Notes under the pieces: generated by a model
Databases searched by the model: none
Told to the model about the DNA's origin: nothing
The model's input: only the letters and a program-made list of their open reading frames with translations
Virus record (IMG/VR): IMGVR_UViG_3300022666_000091
DNA: 64,000 bases
Source of the DNA: an uncultured virus (IMG/VR IMGVR_UViG_3300022666_000091)
Taxonomy: Duplodnaviria; Heunggongvirae; Uroviricota; Caudoviricetes
Strand: one strand, 5' to 3'
Translations under genes and position numbers: made by a program
In this document: in pieces, positions 26,774-37,393 of the stretch
How positions within the stretch are numbered: position 1 is the first letter of the stretch
Layout: each line of letters starts with the position of its first letter

Positions 26774-28015
26774 TTAATCTTTCTGTCCGCGAGTCACATG
26801 CACTTGCGTCAGATAAGAAGGGCGGGGGAAGACGGTATACTGGTGCCCTACGTGCTCAATCAGGTACTGCTTCTCCTCTTCCTTATGCCTAAGCCCGTCA
26901 CCTGGTCTGATACCGGGCCTGCCATGCATGACGAACGTCCCTGATTCATACTCGTGATTGTTCTTGTTCCAATTCCAGAACAGCTCCGCACGTTCCACCG
27001 CCTTTTCAAGCGTCAACGGGGTTTCCTTTTCCTCAATAGCGAAAGTCAGCGGTACATATTCCGACTTCAGTATGAGTGCTGAAAAGCCGTGCTGCTTGGC
27101 TGAGAGTTCAGAGAATTTGGTGAGTTCCGGATAGGCAAGAGCGATGTCCAGCACGTCGTTCATAACTGTCTTATAAAGTGTAGGCCAATAGCAAAGCAGG
27201 TTGACTCTCTCGTGATCCGAGATCCCGATATCCTCCACTACAACATCTTCCTCGTCGATCTGATGGAAGGTGTCCCTTGTCAATTTTCCCCGCACGTCAA
27301 CCGGGTACTTTTCCAGGACAACATAGAATTTGCCGTCTTTTTCCGTTCGCGTCGTGAGTACGTTGTAAGGCTCGTTCGCCAGAGACTGCATGGCTGCCCA
27401 CGCATCGGTCCCGCGTATGCCAACCATCGTCGGGTAAAAGGTTATCCAGGAATCATCTGTATCGGCCTTGAAATTGATATATTGCGGGTAGTAGGCCCCG
27501 GTAAGCTGTTCCTGAAACATCTTGAATGCCCACTGGACCAGTTCCTTGGCCGTTCCCTGTTGATTCAGGTAGCGTGCAAAATAGGCTGTGACTACTTTCC
27601 CGGCCCCTGTGCCATATTCCATCCGCTCACGGATGCCGGAGATGTCCCAGCCGAGCTGGGTCTTGAGCAGCTTTCCGAAATCCTGACCGGTTATCGTGAT
27701 CGTGCGGCGGAATCCTCCGTCCGCATATTGCCCCGTTCGGGCAACACGATTGATCAACCCGACCAGGACGAACTCCATATCACTCCCATCACCCGCAGCC
27801 AACTCAATGGTGATGATGTCATTCGTCGCGAGAATCTGATCGTAGCGAAGCCCGTCCACCATTCTCCATGTGACAACAATCTGGAAGAGGCCGCTCATCT
27901 GCCCGTAACCCTTATTCACGTTCAGGGAGATCACGTCATCGCTCAAGTCGCAGATCACACCATTGTCAAGCAACTTCCTGGCAATGACTCGATGACGGGG
28001 GGAGAAACTCTTCAT
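26774..28015 (-). CDS. Baseplate hub/tail protein
   Basis: ITITGQDFGK..GRPGIRPG..YLIEHVGH..TRG; lies between tape measure and spike. Confidence 0.7.
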   Translation of the reverse strand: MKSFSPRHRVIARKLLDNGVICDLSDDVISLNVNKGYGQMSGLFQIVVTWRMVDGLRYDQILATNDIITIELAAGDGSDMEFVLVGLINRVARTGQYADGGFRRTITITGQDFGKLLKTQLGWDISGIRERMEYGTGAGKVVTAYFARYLNQQGTAKELVQWAFKMFQEQLTGAYYPQYINFKADTDDSWITFYPTMVGIRGTDAWAAMQSLANEPYNVLTTRTEKDGKFYVVLEKYPVDVRGKLTRDTFHQIDEEDVVVEDIGISDHERVNLLCYWPTLYKTVMNDVLDIALAYPELTKFSELSAKQHGFSALILKSEYVPLTFAIEEKETPLTLEKAVERAELFWNWNKNNHEYESGTFVMHGRPGIRPGDGLRHKEEEKQYLIEHVGHQYTVFPRPSYLTQVHVTRGQKD

Positions 28016-30273
28016 TTGGGCCTCGCTGGCATGGGTTTACGTACTTCTCCGCCGTATTGCGTGCGTGACGCTATCACCTCCAGTGATTCCACCACCCTGC
28101 CGAGGTTGCTCGCTATCTCCCGGAAGGGTGCAGTAAGCTCGCCGAAAATATTCTTGATGACGCGCCCGCCTGCAGCATCGGTCCAGCCTTCGTTGGTCGT
28201 GTCCCATTTATCACGGTCGCCATACACATGCTGCGCCCATTGCACCTTGCTAAGATAATCTCTTGTTCTCGGCCCAATTTTCCCGGACTTGAAATTGTTG
28301 GGGCCAGCGTGATATGACAGAATTACGCTTGTCTCGTCCCCTCCGAACATCTTCTTCAGATCGGACAAGTAGTGGGCAGAAGCGTCGATTGATTTTTCCG
28401 GGTCGTAATAGTCGCTGTCAGATCTCAGGCCATACGCCGGCCCCGTATTCGACATAAATTGGCCGATGCCCTTCGCCTTCGATTCCTTGTTGTATGCAAA
28501 CCGGTTGAATGTGCCCCCGGTTTCCACGTGCAAAATCGCCTTGAGCAGCGAAGGGGAGATATTGTATTTCTTTGCCTTTTCCTGGATCAGGGAATCGTAT
28601 TGCCTGGCTTGCCTTGAACCGCCTCCCGCAGCAACACCAGCCGCCTTCAGGACGCTTGACGAGCCGGTCAATACCCAGTCTTCAATCGGCCCCAGAACGC
28701 TTTCCAACCCCTTGCCGGCTTCGAGCTTGATCAATTCTTTCTGTGCCGCCCGCTGGCCCACATCAAAGCCAGGGGTTTCCTGATAGAGTTTGGCCAGCGA
28801 ATCAATGTCGCCACTCATGGTGGCACCACTTGGCATCCTGGCACCCTGCAGCCGGTCGTAGTTGTCTATGAACCATTCGGCGGTTTCCACGCCGCCCGGA
28901 ACGTTCAACTGCTTCAGGATCTTCTGCGCGAACAAGATCTGCGTGTTGCGGTCGTTCCCGCCGAACTTGCGGATTAGGTCCATGGCAGCCTTGCGATTCT
29001 GCGGGTCATTCAGCCCCTTTGCACGGCGTCGTTGGATTTCTACCAGATCCTTCGATGTCAGCGGCCCTTTCTTAAAGCCGCCAGAGATGGCCCACGAAAG
29101 CATCTCGTCAATGTTGTCGCCGCCGGGCAACAGGGCATTCTGCATCTTATCGAACATGCCGGTCGACATGCCCTGCGTACCACCTGAATTGTACGCCGCC
29201 ACAGTCTGGGCCATGATCTGGCCGACTTGTGAATCGGAAAGGGCTTTACCGCCTTGCGCGTGAAATGCGGTCTGGAGATTCTGGTTGATGTTCTGCAGCA
29301 GGACTTCCGTTCGGCCATCCTTGGCCTGTTTACCCATGTAGAGAAGAGCATCAAGGGCCTGGCGTTGCTTATTGGCATCGGCGCCCGTCACCCCGTAGTA
29401 GCTGCCAGCGAATCCTAACGCCGTTCCTGCATCCAAGTTGGAAAGCCTGGCGAACCGCTCGAACCGGCCAAGGGTCTCCATGTCGCTAGCACCGGTCCCA
29501 CGCCGAAGGCTCATGGCGTATTCGGCCTCTTCCTGCGGGGTGTAGTTCCAGTCAGAAAGCCGCCTGCTATACTGGACGCCCCTTACCGCCAGGCCGCTTT
29601 CCATCTCGGACTGACTCTTGAACTTTTCCCATGATTCTCGCAGCATGCCTAAGATGGACGCGCCACCCCATAGAGCAAGTCCATACCCGAGCATTTTCTT
29701 GATGGAAATCGCGTTCTGCTGATCCGGAGACACCCCAAACCCGCTGATCGTGTCCGTATACTCCTGTGCCCTGCGACCCATGTAGCCAGCCCGCGCATCC
29801 AGTTTCGACCGCCTTGAGAGCTCCTTCTGCAGATCCTCGCGGCGGCCGGTCAGGACCTCAACGTCTTCGAGCATCAGGTCGCGGGCCTTCGCGGAAAGTC
29901 CGGGCGAGGTCATGTCGCGCTGGAGTTGCCGCAGATCGCCGGTCACCTGCTTCAGCTCGTTGCGGAGCTTCTGCGTCTGAGCGGTCCAAGACCCGAGGTT
30001 GGTCCCGATATCCTTCGACAGTTTGCTGACTTGCTCAAACTGTTTCGGGTTGAGGAAGCCGCCACGGTTCTCGCCGGTCCTTGCAAGATTGCCGAGCCTG
30101 GTCAGCTCCAAGCCAACACGTCGTAGCATTTCGGCATCTTTGGCCAGCTCGTCGCCGCCCAATGAAATGTCGAGGCTTTCGGTTTCGCGTGCGGTCTTGT
30201 TCAGCCACTCCAAATCCCTCTTGGCTTGCTTGACCTGTGCGGCATCGACTCGTAATCCAATAGAAAGGGACAT
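28012..30273 (-). CDS. Tape measure protein with C-terminal SLT domain
   Basis: Helical N-part; AKKYNISPSLLKAILHVETG..AKGIGQFM..SYHAGP. Confidence 0.8.
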   Translation of the reverse strand: MSLSIGLRVDAAQVKQAKRDLEWLNKTARETESLDISLGGDELAKDAEMLRRVGLELTRLGNLARTGENRGGFLNPKQFEQVSKLSKDIGTNLGSWTAQTQKLRNELKQVTGDLRQLQRDMTSPGLSAKARDLMLEDVEVLTGRREDLQKELSRRSKLDARAGYMGRRAQEYTDTISGFGVSPDQQNAISIKKMLGYGLALWGGASILGMLRESWEKFKSQSEMESGLAVRGVQYSRRLSDWNYTPQEEAEYAMSLRRGTGASDMETLGRFERFARLSNLDAGTALGFAGSYYGVTGADANKQRQALDALLYMGKQAKDGRTEVLLQNINQNLQTAFHAQGGKALSDSQVGQIMAQTVAAYNSGGTQGMSTGMFDKMQNALLPGGDNIDEMLSWAISGGFKKGPLTSKDLVEIQRRRAKGLNDPQNRKAAMDLIRKFGGNDRNTQILFAQKILKQLNVPGGVETAEWFIDNYDRLQGARMPSGATMSGDIDSLAKLYQETPGFDVGQRAAQKELIKLEAGKGLESVLGPIEDWVLTGSSSVLKAAGVAAGGGSRQARQYDSLIQEKAKKYNISPSLLKAILHVETGGTFNRFAYNKESKAKGIGQFMSNTGPAYGLRSDSDYYDPEKSIDASAHYLSDLKKMFGGDETSVILSYHAGPNNFKSGKIGPRTRDYLSKVQWAQHVYGDRDKWDTTNEGWTDAAGGRVIKNIFGELTAPFREIASNLGRVVESLEVIASRTQYGGEVRKPMPARPK

Positions 30274-30282
30274 ATCTTGAAA

Positions 30283-30652
30283 TTACTCCCTGGGTACCGG
30301 CTCAAACCCGCCGCCGGTCAACTTCTCCCATGCCTCGCTGGCATCCTTCCCGGCCGCGGTCAAGGCCAGGAACTCGTCAACTTCCTTGTCGCCGGTCAGC
30401 GGCGGGGCCTCTTCCGACTCGGGGCCACAGCGCGGGCACTGATCGCGGAACGTCGCCAGGCCGCACTTCGGGCACTCTTTCCGGGGCTCACCCTTGGCGC
30501 ATAGAAACGCCTCGTACTCAACGGCGATCTCCTCGTCGGTCATCGCCAGAAAACGGGAGTCTTTCGGCGACAGTTGGTAATGCTGCCGGAACCAGAACCG
30601 AAGGCTACTCGCCTCCTCCTGCGCCAGGTCCGCCAGCTTTTCCGCTGCGAAA
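30283..30652 (-). CDS. Tail assembly chaperone, second (frameshift) segment
   Basis: Frame is open upstream of Met 30543 and reads FWFRQHYQLSPKDSRFLAMTDEEI. Confidence 0.6.
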
Positions 30653-30994
30653 GGAGTCTACGAACTTCTGCACCTCGTCCCATACCGCGCCCATGGCGGC
30701 CTCGTCGCTTTCGTCGAACATGGTGGCGAGGTTGAACCAGGCGGGCGGCTGTTGTTCCGAGACGGTGTTGACGTAGATTTCAATGTACGTGACGAAATCC
30801 AGGCCGGGCGTTACCTGGCCGGGGTTGACCGTGCCGAAGGTGTTGCGGATGGCAGCCTCTTTCAACGCGATGTTGCGGCGATCCGCGATGGACGGCCGGC
30901 GAACCTGGAAGCTGCCGCCGTATTTCTGGCCGAACGGCTCGCCGGTAACGGGGTTGATGGTCTGCTCGATGCTGAAGGTGTGGTGCTGCTGCAT
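30605..30994 (-). CDS. Tail assembly chaperone
   Basis: Between tube and tape measure; GSFQVRRPS. Confidence 0.7.
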   Translation of the reverse strand: MQQHHTFSIEQTINPVTGEPFGQKYGGSFQVRRPSIADRRNIALKEAAIRNTFGTVNPGQVTPGLDFVTYIEIYVNTVSEQQPPAWFNLATMFDESDEAAMGAVWDEVQKFVDSFRSGKAGGPGAGGGE

Positions 30995-31017
30995 TGGGGC
31001 CTCCTGGGGCTTTAAGG

Positions 31018-31041
31018 TAAAGGCCGCCGAAGCGGCCTTTC
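31018..31041 (-). terminator. Probable terminator after the tail tube gene
   Basis: AAAGGCCGC-loop-GCGGCCTTT. Confidence 0.55.
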
Positions 31042-31053
31042 TCGTTCGTTGCG

Positions 31054-31467
31054 TCAGACCTCTTTATGGATGGCACGGAACTGCACGTCTTCCATGCAGA
31101 CCGCGTGTTTACCGTATGACCTGCCGTAGCTGGCCACCTTGGCGCCGGTATAGAGTTCCAGCGTCTTCTGGCCCAGTTTGTCGAGGATCTCGATCTCGAA
31201 CTCGTTGCCGATTAAGTAGTTCGCCTTCTCCGGCACGTAGCCGAGGTCGGTCAGCTTCTTGTTGTAGGGAAACAGCTTCGACATGGAGATACTGTGCGAG
31301 ACTTTGCCCGTCACCAGCTCCACGGACTCCTCTTCACCAAGGCCGTCGACGTCCTGAAGGCCGAAGTCGTCATTGACGTTCACGTTCTGGATGAAGCCGA
31401 TTGCGACCGCTACCCCGCCGAGCTTCACAATCGCCCGGTTGCCGGTCATGGTATTAAGGTTGGGCAT
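31054..31467 (-). CDS. Tail tube protein
   Basis: 137 aa directly after sheath; TGNRAIVKL..DFGLQDV.GLGE. Confidence 0.8.
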   Translation of the reverse strand: MPNLNTMTGNRAIVKLGGVAVAIGFIQNVNVNDDFGLQDVDGLGEEESVELVTGKVSHSISMSKLFPYNKKLTDLGYVPEKANYLIGNEFEIEILDKLGQKTLELYTGAKVASYGRSYGKHAVCMEDVQFRAIHKEV

Positions 31468-31525
31468 CTTGTCCTCCGGAAACGGCCCCCGCAGGGGCCG
31501 GTTGGTGGTTCACCATACACTCAGG

Positions 31526-33253
31526 TTACAGAACGAAACTGACCATCCCGACATGATACGTTCCGAAGATCCAGTTGATCGGAAGCACCGGGTCTGCCGA
31601 GTAGTCCACGTAACGGATCGTCCCGTCGGCCCGAATTTGGGTCTTCTTGGGATCGTAGCTCCTTATGTAGCCGTCCCGTTTCGCGGTCTGCAACACGGCG
31701 TTGGTCAGGTTGATGATGGTGAGATCCATCAGCTCGTCGCCGGGCTGTCCCACCAGGAGTTCGTGCCGCCTGCGAACCTCAGCGGCGATGTAGTCCGCTC
31801 CCCGTCCGACGGAAAACTCAATCCGGTACAGGTCGTTGTCCTGGCTCCAGGTGGACACCTGTCTGGAAACGACATACCCCGCCCCCTGGACGTTATCCGG
31901 AATCGGGGCCATGCCGCCTGCTTCCAGGATCTCGTCGATTTCCGCCACCCGCAGTTCCACCTCCAGCCCGTAGCAGCGGAGATACTTGCGGGTCAACGGC
32001 TTGACAGGAGATCCGCCGGCCGCAATCCCGGCGTACATGCTGGCCGTGATGTAGGCCGGGTACAGCTTCAACACCCCGTTCGGGTCGTAATGGTAGGAGC
32101 CGAGACAGGCATGGTAGCTGCGGTCGGAGTTTAGCGCCTTGATGGCGGTCTTGATGGCCGCTATTGCCGTGGTGCGGGCGCTCTCGTTGGCCCAGCTCTG
32201 CAACGCGCCGCCAACGAACTGCCGCCGCTCGCTCTTGCCGTTCGGCCCGCTCATCCAGGCCACATGGGCGTCTCCCATGGTGTGGATGGAGGAGCTGTTC
32301 GACAGGGGAACGATGAAATTGACCTGCGTGGTCTTGAGCAGGTCGAAGGCCTCCTGCCAGTCGTTATTGGTGATCGTCCCGTTGGCCCCGCCGGAAAGGA
32401 ACGTCCAGGCGAAGTTGGCCGGGGCCGCCGTGGCGTCCGTTACCCTTGCAAGCACCACATAGGCCGATTTCAGATTCACCGTGTCGATGATGGCCTGGAG
32501 GTCGCTCTTGACGGTATAGGCCGCAGTCTTCACGTCCTGGGCGGTCACGTTGTCCATGTTGAGCGGGACTTCGAGATCCGGCTGATCGCACAGGATGGTC
32601 GCGGTATACTTGCCGGTGGCGTTGACGGCATCAACCAGCTTCCGGATAGTGTTGTAGATCTGGAGATCCAGGCTCAGATTGTCGGCCGCTCCGGTAACCG
32701 TCGTGGTCAGGAGGTGCGTGGCAGCGGCCACGTTGATGGTCATGGTTGCTGCTGAACCGGCCCCGGTGTACTGGATGGAAAACACCGAGCGGGTCAGGTT
32801 GTCGAAGGTCTCGGTCTCGGTCATGTAGGCTACGGTCACCTTCTTGCCGGTGGTGGTGCCGTTTTCCTGCTTGACCTTCACCTGGTTGGCTGGCAGACCA
32901 TATATGTGCGACGTGGCGGTGTAGGAGGTGCCGAAGGTTGCCGTACCCCTTACGGACGGGTTGACCGGAACCAGGATCACCTCGCTGGCTCCCGGTTCGC
33001 CCGGTGACGGCGAAAATGCCAGCTGCACCGCCAGCCTGGCCTCTTCGCAGTCGGGATGAATCAGCATGCTCGCCAGGGACGGCGTGCTTACCCTCGTGAT
33101 TGTCTTCGGCGCCAGAAGCCCGGTCATGGTGCCGAGGATCGCCAGTTTGTTGTCGCTCCCGAGCTGGACCGCGTTCAGCGCCGAGGAGTCGATCCGGGAC
33201 GCCGCCTGCGGCAGCACGAAATACTTTCCGTTCCAGAGGATTCCCTTGCCCAC
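31526..33253 (-). CDS. Tail sheath protein
   Basis: 575 aa; FLSGGANG..WQEAFD, PLTRK, P.LPINWI. Confidence 0.9.
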   Translation of the reverse strand: MGKGILWNGKYFVLPQAASRIDSSALNAVQLGSDNKLAILGTMTGLLAPKTITRVSTPSLASMLIHPDCEEARLAVQLAFSPSPGEPGASEVILVPVNPSVRGTATFGTSYTATSHIYGLPANQVKVKQENGTTTGKKVTVAYMTETETFDNLTRSVFSIQYTGAGSAATMTINVAAATHLLTTTVTGAADNLSLDLQIYNTIRKLVDAVNATGKYTATILCDQPDLEVPLNMDNVTAQDVKTAAYTVKSDLQAIIDTVNLKSAYVVLARVTDATAAPANFAWTFLSGGANGTITNNDWQEAFDLLKTTQVNFIVPLSNSSSIHTMGDAHVAWMSGPNGKSERRQFVGGALQSWANESARTTAIAAIKTAIKALNSDRSYHACLGSYHYDPNGVLKLYPAYITASMYAGIAAGGSPVKPLTRKYLRCYGLEVELRVAEIDEILEAGGMAPIPDNVQGAGYVVSRQVSTWSQDNDLYRIEFSVGRGADYIAAEVRRRHELLVGQPGDELMDLTIINLTNAVLQTAKRDGYIRSYDPKKTQIRADGTIRYVDYSADPVLPINWIFGTYHVGMVSFVL

Positions 33254-33255
33254 TG

Positions 33256-33474
33256 TCAGTTACCTCCTTTTTTCTGGATCCATTCCACCCACGGCATGTC
33301 AACCGGTTTGGTCTGGAACAGTTCATAGAGTCGTTGCCATTCGTCGCGGAGCATCTGCCCTTCCCCTTTCATCAGGGAGCGGAACGCCGCCGCCATTTCC
33401 ACCTGCCTGGCCCCGCCGATAAACTCGTCAACGGTTATCGGGTATTCGGCCGGTTCAACTTCTTTCTTCGCCAT
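33256..33474 (-). CDS. Hypothetical protein
   Basis: Operon packing before sheath. Confidence 0.6.
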   Translation of the reverse strand: MAKKEVEPAEYPITVDEFIGGARQVEMAAAFRSLMKGEGQMLRDEWQRLYELFQTKPVDMPWVEWIQKKGGN

Positions 33475-33484
33475 GTGATTCTCC

Positions 33485-34156
33485 TCACGGCCCGTCGAGG
33501 GCCACGTTGTTTCCGGTCCGGTAGGTGTACGCCGGTACCCGCTTCAGCCAGGTATTCGCAACCTTGGCGCTGATGCTGATGGCCCGGTTGAACACCGTCA
33601 TGGGCTGCATCATGGCCTTGTCGTCCAACTTCAGATCCGCCAGCGAGATGCTGATCTCGTTCGCGCCTATCTGGTCCAGCTCGTCCAGGGCCTCGCAGAT
33701 GAACCGCTGGCAGCAGCGGGACAACCAGATCGCCTCGTCCTTGGTCCCGCACACCACGTCGATCTGCCAGGTGGCAGTCGCCAGGTATCCTTTCTGCACG
33801 TCGAAGGCGACGATATTGCCGTCATCATCGGTCACTGGGAAGCTCTCGCCGGTCGCATCCCCGAGGAACTTGTCCGACTGGTTCTCCTGGCCGAGCGAGA
33901 TTGCTATCTGCGGAAAATTGACCTCAGCAACCGGGTAGTGCGGCAGGATGTAGGCGAACCGCTTGCCCTCCTCGCGGTCCTGCACGCTGTCGGTGAAAGT
34001 GGTCTCGGTCAGGTAGGTGATGATTTCCACCTGTTCGGTCTCCGCTTCCAGGTCGTTGAATGTATCCTCGACGAACCGCTCCAGGTCGAGCTGCACTTCC
34101 TCGAACCGCTGCAGGAACCACTTGACCAGAAACTTGTCAACGTTCGGAAACGCCAT
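33485..34156 (-). CDS. Putative tail terminator/neck protein
   Basis: Position; FPQIAISLGQE. Confidence 0.6.
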   Translation of the reverse strand: MAFPNVDKFLVKWFLQRFEEVQLDLERFVEDTFNDLEAETEQVEIITYLTETTFTDSVQDREEGKRFAYILPHYPVAEVNFPQIAISLGQENQSDKFLGDATGESFPVTDDDGNIVAFDVQKGYLATATWQIDVVCGTKDEAIWLSRCCQRFICEALDELDQIGANEISISLADLKLDDKAMMQPMTVFNRAISISAKVANTWLKRVPAYTYRTGNNVALDGP

Positions 34157-34157
34157 A

Positions 34158-35006
34158 TCAGGACACCGAGATCGTCATGCCGACGGAAATATTATTGAGG
34201 TTGATCATGTCCAGCTGCGCCGCCTCCGTCAGTTTCCGTTCGATGGTCGGCCGGCAGCTATCCAGCACGAACTGGATGTGCGGCTGTGCCTTCTTGCCGG
34301 GATGCCACCAGCTCATGGGGTTTGAGGCATCGGATACGCAGCGGAAGGTCAGGTACTGGCTCTGCGTCTTCTTCCCGTAACTGGCCTGGACCTTGATCAT
34401 CCCCTCGTAAATCCCAGCCTTGTGGGTGTAGGAGCCTTTCTTGAGCACCCCGTTCTGCTCGTAGTAGAAGGTCTTGGTCCGCCGCGGATACTGCTCTTCC
34501 GTCCCGGTCAGTCGCTGGCCGTACTGCACGATTGCGGCACGGTTGCCCATCTTGCCCGTGGCGTGGTTCATCACGATCCTGGTCCCGGCTAGGGTCGGCG
34601 TAAGCGCCCGAGCCTTCTCCAGGATGTCCTTCGGCATGGGCCTGAACTGGGAGTTTTCGCGCTCCACGGTGCCATGCCGGAACGGGATGATGTTGTACAT
34701 GTTCCCGTTCTTGCCGAGACGCGCCTTGGGACCGCCCAAAAGCATCGGCTTCATGTCCCACGGCCCCCTCCCCTTCTCGATATCCTCCGAGATCTTTGAG
34801 GTGGCGATTACGGTCCGTTCCCAGCGGCCCGCTTCCGGCATGTCCAGATTCTTCCCGAGGGTGATGCTGTCCAGGTAGTCCCGGCGCTGTTTGATGGTCT
34901 CGAAGTGGAGCTCAGGGCCGCCCGGATAGGTCCCCTGCACAACCTGGCGCCAGGTATCCATCAGGAACTGCGTGGCGGTGTCCAGTGCTGCGTTCAGGTT
35001 TTCCAT
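34158..35006 (-). CDS. Neck/head-tail protein
   Basis: PWDMKPMLL..IIPFRH..YLTFRCVS..WWHPG. Confidence 0.65.
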   Translation of the reverse strand: MENLNAALDTATQFLMDTWRQVVQGTYPGGPELHFETIKQRRDYLDSITLGKNLDMPEAGRWERTVIATSKISEDIEKGRGPWDMKPMLLGGPKARLGKNGNMYNIIPFRHGTVERENSQFRPMPKDILEKARALTPTLAGTRIVMNHATGKMGNRAAIVQYGQRLTGTEEQYPRRTKTFYYEQNGVLKKGSYTHKAGIYEGMIKVQASYGKKTQSQYLTFRCVSDASNPMSWWHPGKKAQPHIQFVLDSCRPTIERKLTEAAQLDMINLNNISVGMTISVS

Positions 35007-35645
35007 CTACCCCTCGAAGATGTGCCGTTTGCGGAGGATGACCTTGTTGCTGATATCCTTGCTGTGGCTCCGGCGGGTAACCGGCGGGACGAAGGCTATC
35101 CACTCGATATAGGCCATGTACTTAATGGTGTAGCGCCAGCCGGTGGCCGGGAGCGTCCCGTCGGCAGGTTTTCCGTCCCAGGTCCAGACGATCCGCTTTC
35201 CCTCAAACCGGAAGTCCTTGTCCTGGTAGTAGCGGATGCCGTCCTCGTCCACGCAGTAGAGGGCCTTGACCGGCTGGTAGTAGAGCGTGTCGCCGTCCTC
35301 GCCGCCCCGGATGACCGCCTCGCCCGGTCCGTATACCTCCGGCCAGGTAAAGATGATCTTGTCCATCTCGGAGACCACGACGCCCGCCTGCGGGGAAAAC
35401 ACGCAGTCACCAGGAATGAACGCCCCGGTCTCCATCAGATCCTTGTGAAAATTCACTCCGGTCACGATCCCGGTGATGATCTTCTCGTCCTTGTACAACC
35501 AGCCGCCGTTTTCGTGCTGGCGGCAGTTGGGGTCCGGCTGCCCGTCCGGTCGGATGCAGAAGCAGCGCATCCCGATCAGGTGCTTGACTTTCTCCCCTTC
35601 TTCCCGGGTAAACCGGTTTATTTCCGATACCGGGATCGGGCTCAC
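35007..35645 (-). CDS. Head completion protein
   Basis: CFC..PDPNC..GWLY; position. Confidence 0.6.
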   Translation of the reverse strand: MSPIPVSEINRFTREEGEKVKHLIGMRCFCIRPDGQPDPNCRQHENGGWLYKDEKIITGIVTGVNFHKDLMETGAFIPGDCVFSPQAGVVVSEMDKIIFTWPEVYGPGEAVIRGGEDGDTLYYQPVKALYCVDEDGIRYYQDKDFRFEGKRIVWTWDGKPADGTLPATGWRYTIKYMAYIEWIAFVPPVTRRSHSKDISNKVILRKRHIFEG

Positions 35646-37003
35646 AGCGTCACCGTCATCATGCCGCGGTAACGGCTGCCGATAGACTGGCGGTTCCGGT
35701 CAAGCCAGTCCGTGTACTCCTTGATGGAAGCCCCGTACACCGAGCCGTTGCCATACGATGCGGACCGGGACACCCCGTCCTTGCTGATCGACTCGGACGC
35801 CCTCCCCCCCCGGTACGCCTGCCCGGCGATAGTCAGGAGCGGAATGGCCGCCTCGTAGCCGATGGCCTTCAGTACGTCGGCCTCGACCGTGAGCAGCCCG
35901 GAGATCGCCTTGTAGCGCCAGAAGTCAGCGATGTACTCCCGGATGCCCCACATGTCCAGCTGGGCAAAGAAGGTGATGATGTAGGAGTACTCGCTGTTCT
36001 TCGGCAGGATATCTATGGTCCCCTGCTTTACATTCAGCTTCGGGACCCCGCTGGAAACGGTCAGGCTCTGCGCGTCCCCAAACCAGCCGGTGATCTCTGA
36101 AACCTGGTGCACGTACTGGTACGGCAGCGAGATATGCCAGGTCTTGGCCTGCCAGTTGAAGATCTCGCCCCGGTAGAAGGCTGCCGACTGCGCCTTGGCG
36201 TCGAAGTATTCATCGGCCGCGGGGCTGGCGAAGTACGGATCGGTGGCGATCCGCATCGGCTCCAGGAAGGAGCGGATGTAGCGGTGTTCGATCTCCTTGG
36301 CCGCCTTCCGGATCTCCCCCCGGATCGTCTCGTCCGGGATCTCCTCCTGATCGATGATGATGGTCTCCGAGGCATCGGCCGCAGGGAGATCAAAGTGGTC
36401 AATAGTGACTTCGATGTATGAGCCGTCTTCCGCCGGAAGGATTTCGTCGGTAACCGAGGGGTCGAGCTCCACGGCCAGGCCACCCCCCCACTGCAACGTG
36501 CCGTCGGTCTGATTGAAAATCAGCGGGTAAAGGCCTGGAAAGCTGTTGTCAGATACCCCGGTGATGGTGATGCCGGTCACGGCCCGCGGCTGCCGTTTGG
36601 CTGCGAGGACTTCACCCGCCTTCATGGGGAGCCCCTTGCAGTAGGACCGCCGCATCTCGTCCACGGTGATCAGCGACACGGTGAACGACTGCCGCGGGGA
36701 GGTGACGGTAGCTGTTTCCGCCTCCAGGTAGTAGTCGCCGGAAACTACGGTCGGGATCCCAGCGGCGTCGGCGATGGCCGGGAGGTCGAATTCCACGACC
36801 GTACCCTTCGGATACTCCCCGGTACCGAACGTAACGGTACGGGTCGCCAGGACGTGGCCGGACTTCCGGCACAGGTTGAGCGTCACCGTTTCGTCCGGGG
36901 CCGTGGCGGGGGTCGGGATCACCCGCGCCTTTACCACGGAGCGGCCGGACTCGAACCGGGAGTATTCGTCCCGGTTCGTTATGACCTGGAGGGCCGTTAT
37001 CAT
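35642..37003 (-). CDS. Head-tail adaptor-like protein
   Basis: C-terminal SESISKDGVSRS..YGA.I; position. Confidence 0.6.
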   Translation of the reverse strand: MITALQVITNRDEYSRFESGRSVVKARVIPTPATAPDETVTLNLCRKSGHVLATRTVTFGTGEYPKGTVVEFDLPAIADAAGIPTVVSGDYYLEAETATVTSPRQSFTVSLITVDEMRRSYCKGLPMKAGEVLAAKRQPRAVTGITITGVSDNSFPGLYPLIFNQTDGTLQWGGGLAVELDPSVTDEILPAEDGSYIEVTIDHFDLPAADASETIIIDQEEIPDETIRGEIRKAAKEIEHRYIRSFLEPMRIATDPYFASPAADEYFDAKAQSAAFYRGEIFNWQAKTWHISLPYQYVHQVSEITGWFGDAQSLTVSSGVPKLNVKQGTIDILPKNSEYSYIITFFAQLDMWGIREYIADFWRYKAISGLLTVEADVLKAIGYEAAIPLLTIAGQAYRGGRASESISKDGVSRSASYGNGSVYGASIKEYTDWLDRNRQSIGSRYRGMMTVTL

Positions 37004-37224
37004 TAGGTTACGGTCTTGGCGGTAGCAGCTGCCGGGGCACAGGTGGCCTCATAGTCGGTGTCGGTCACGGTCGCGTCGTCATCCAGTTTCGCCAGCAGGG
37101 CGGTCATTTTCGTCTGGATATCGGTCACTTCGGCGGCCAGCTTGTTGAACTCGGCCCGCAAAGCCGCCTGTTCCGAATTGGCGGGGGCCGTCTTACTGTA
37201 AAATTTCCTCGTTCCTCTTGCCAC
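37003..37224 (-). CDS. Hypothetical virion protein
   Basis: RBS, operon packing. Confidence 0.55.
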   Translation of the reverse strand: MARGTRKFYSKTAPANSEQAALRAEFNKLAAEVTDIQTKMTALLAKLDDDATVTDTDYEATCAPAAATAKTVT

Positions 37225-37393
37225 GGGCTATTCCTCCTTGACTATCCGGCGGGGAAACGCCGGGGATTCGGTAAATGGCAGCCCCATGGACTTCAGGGCC
37301 AGTTTGCGCACAATCTCTACCATTTTGTTGTGCTCCTCAATCAAGGCCCGGACCTGCTCGCTGGAGCAGTCCGCAAGGACTATCCGGTCCATG

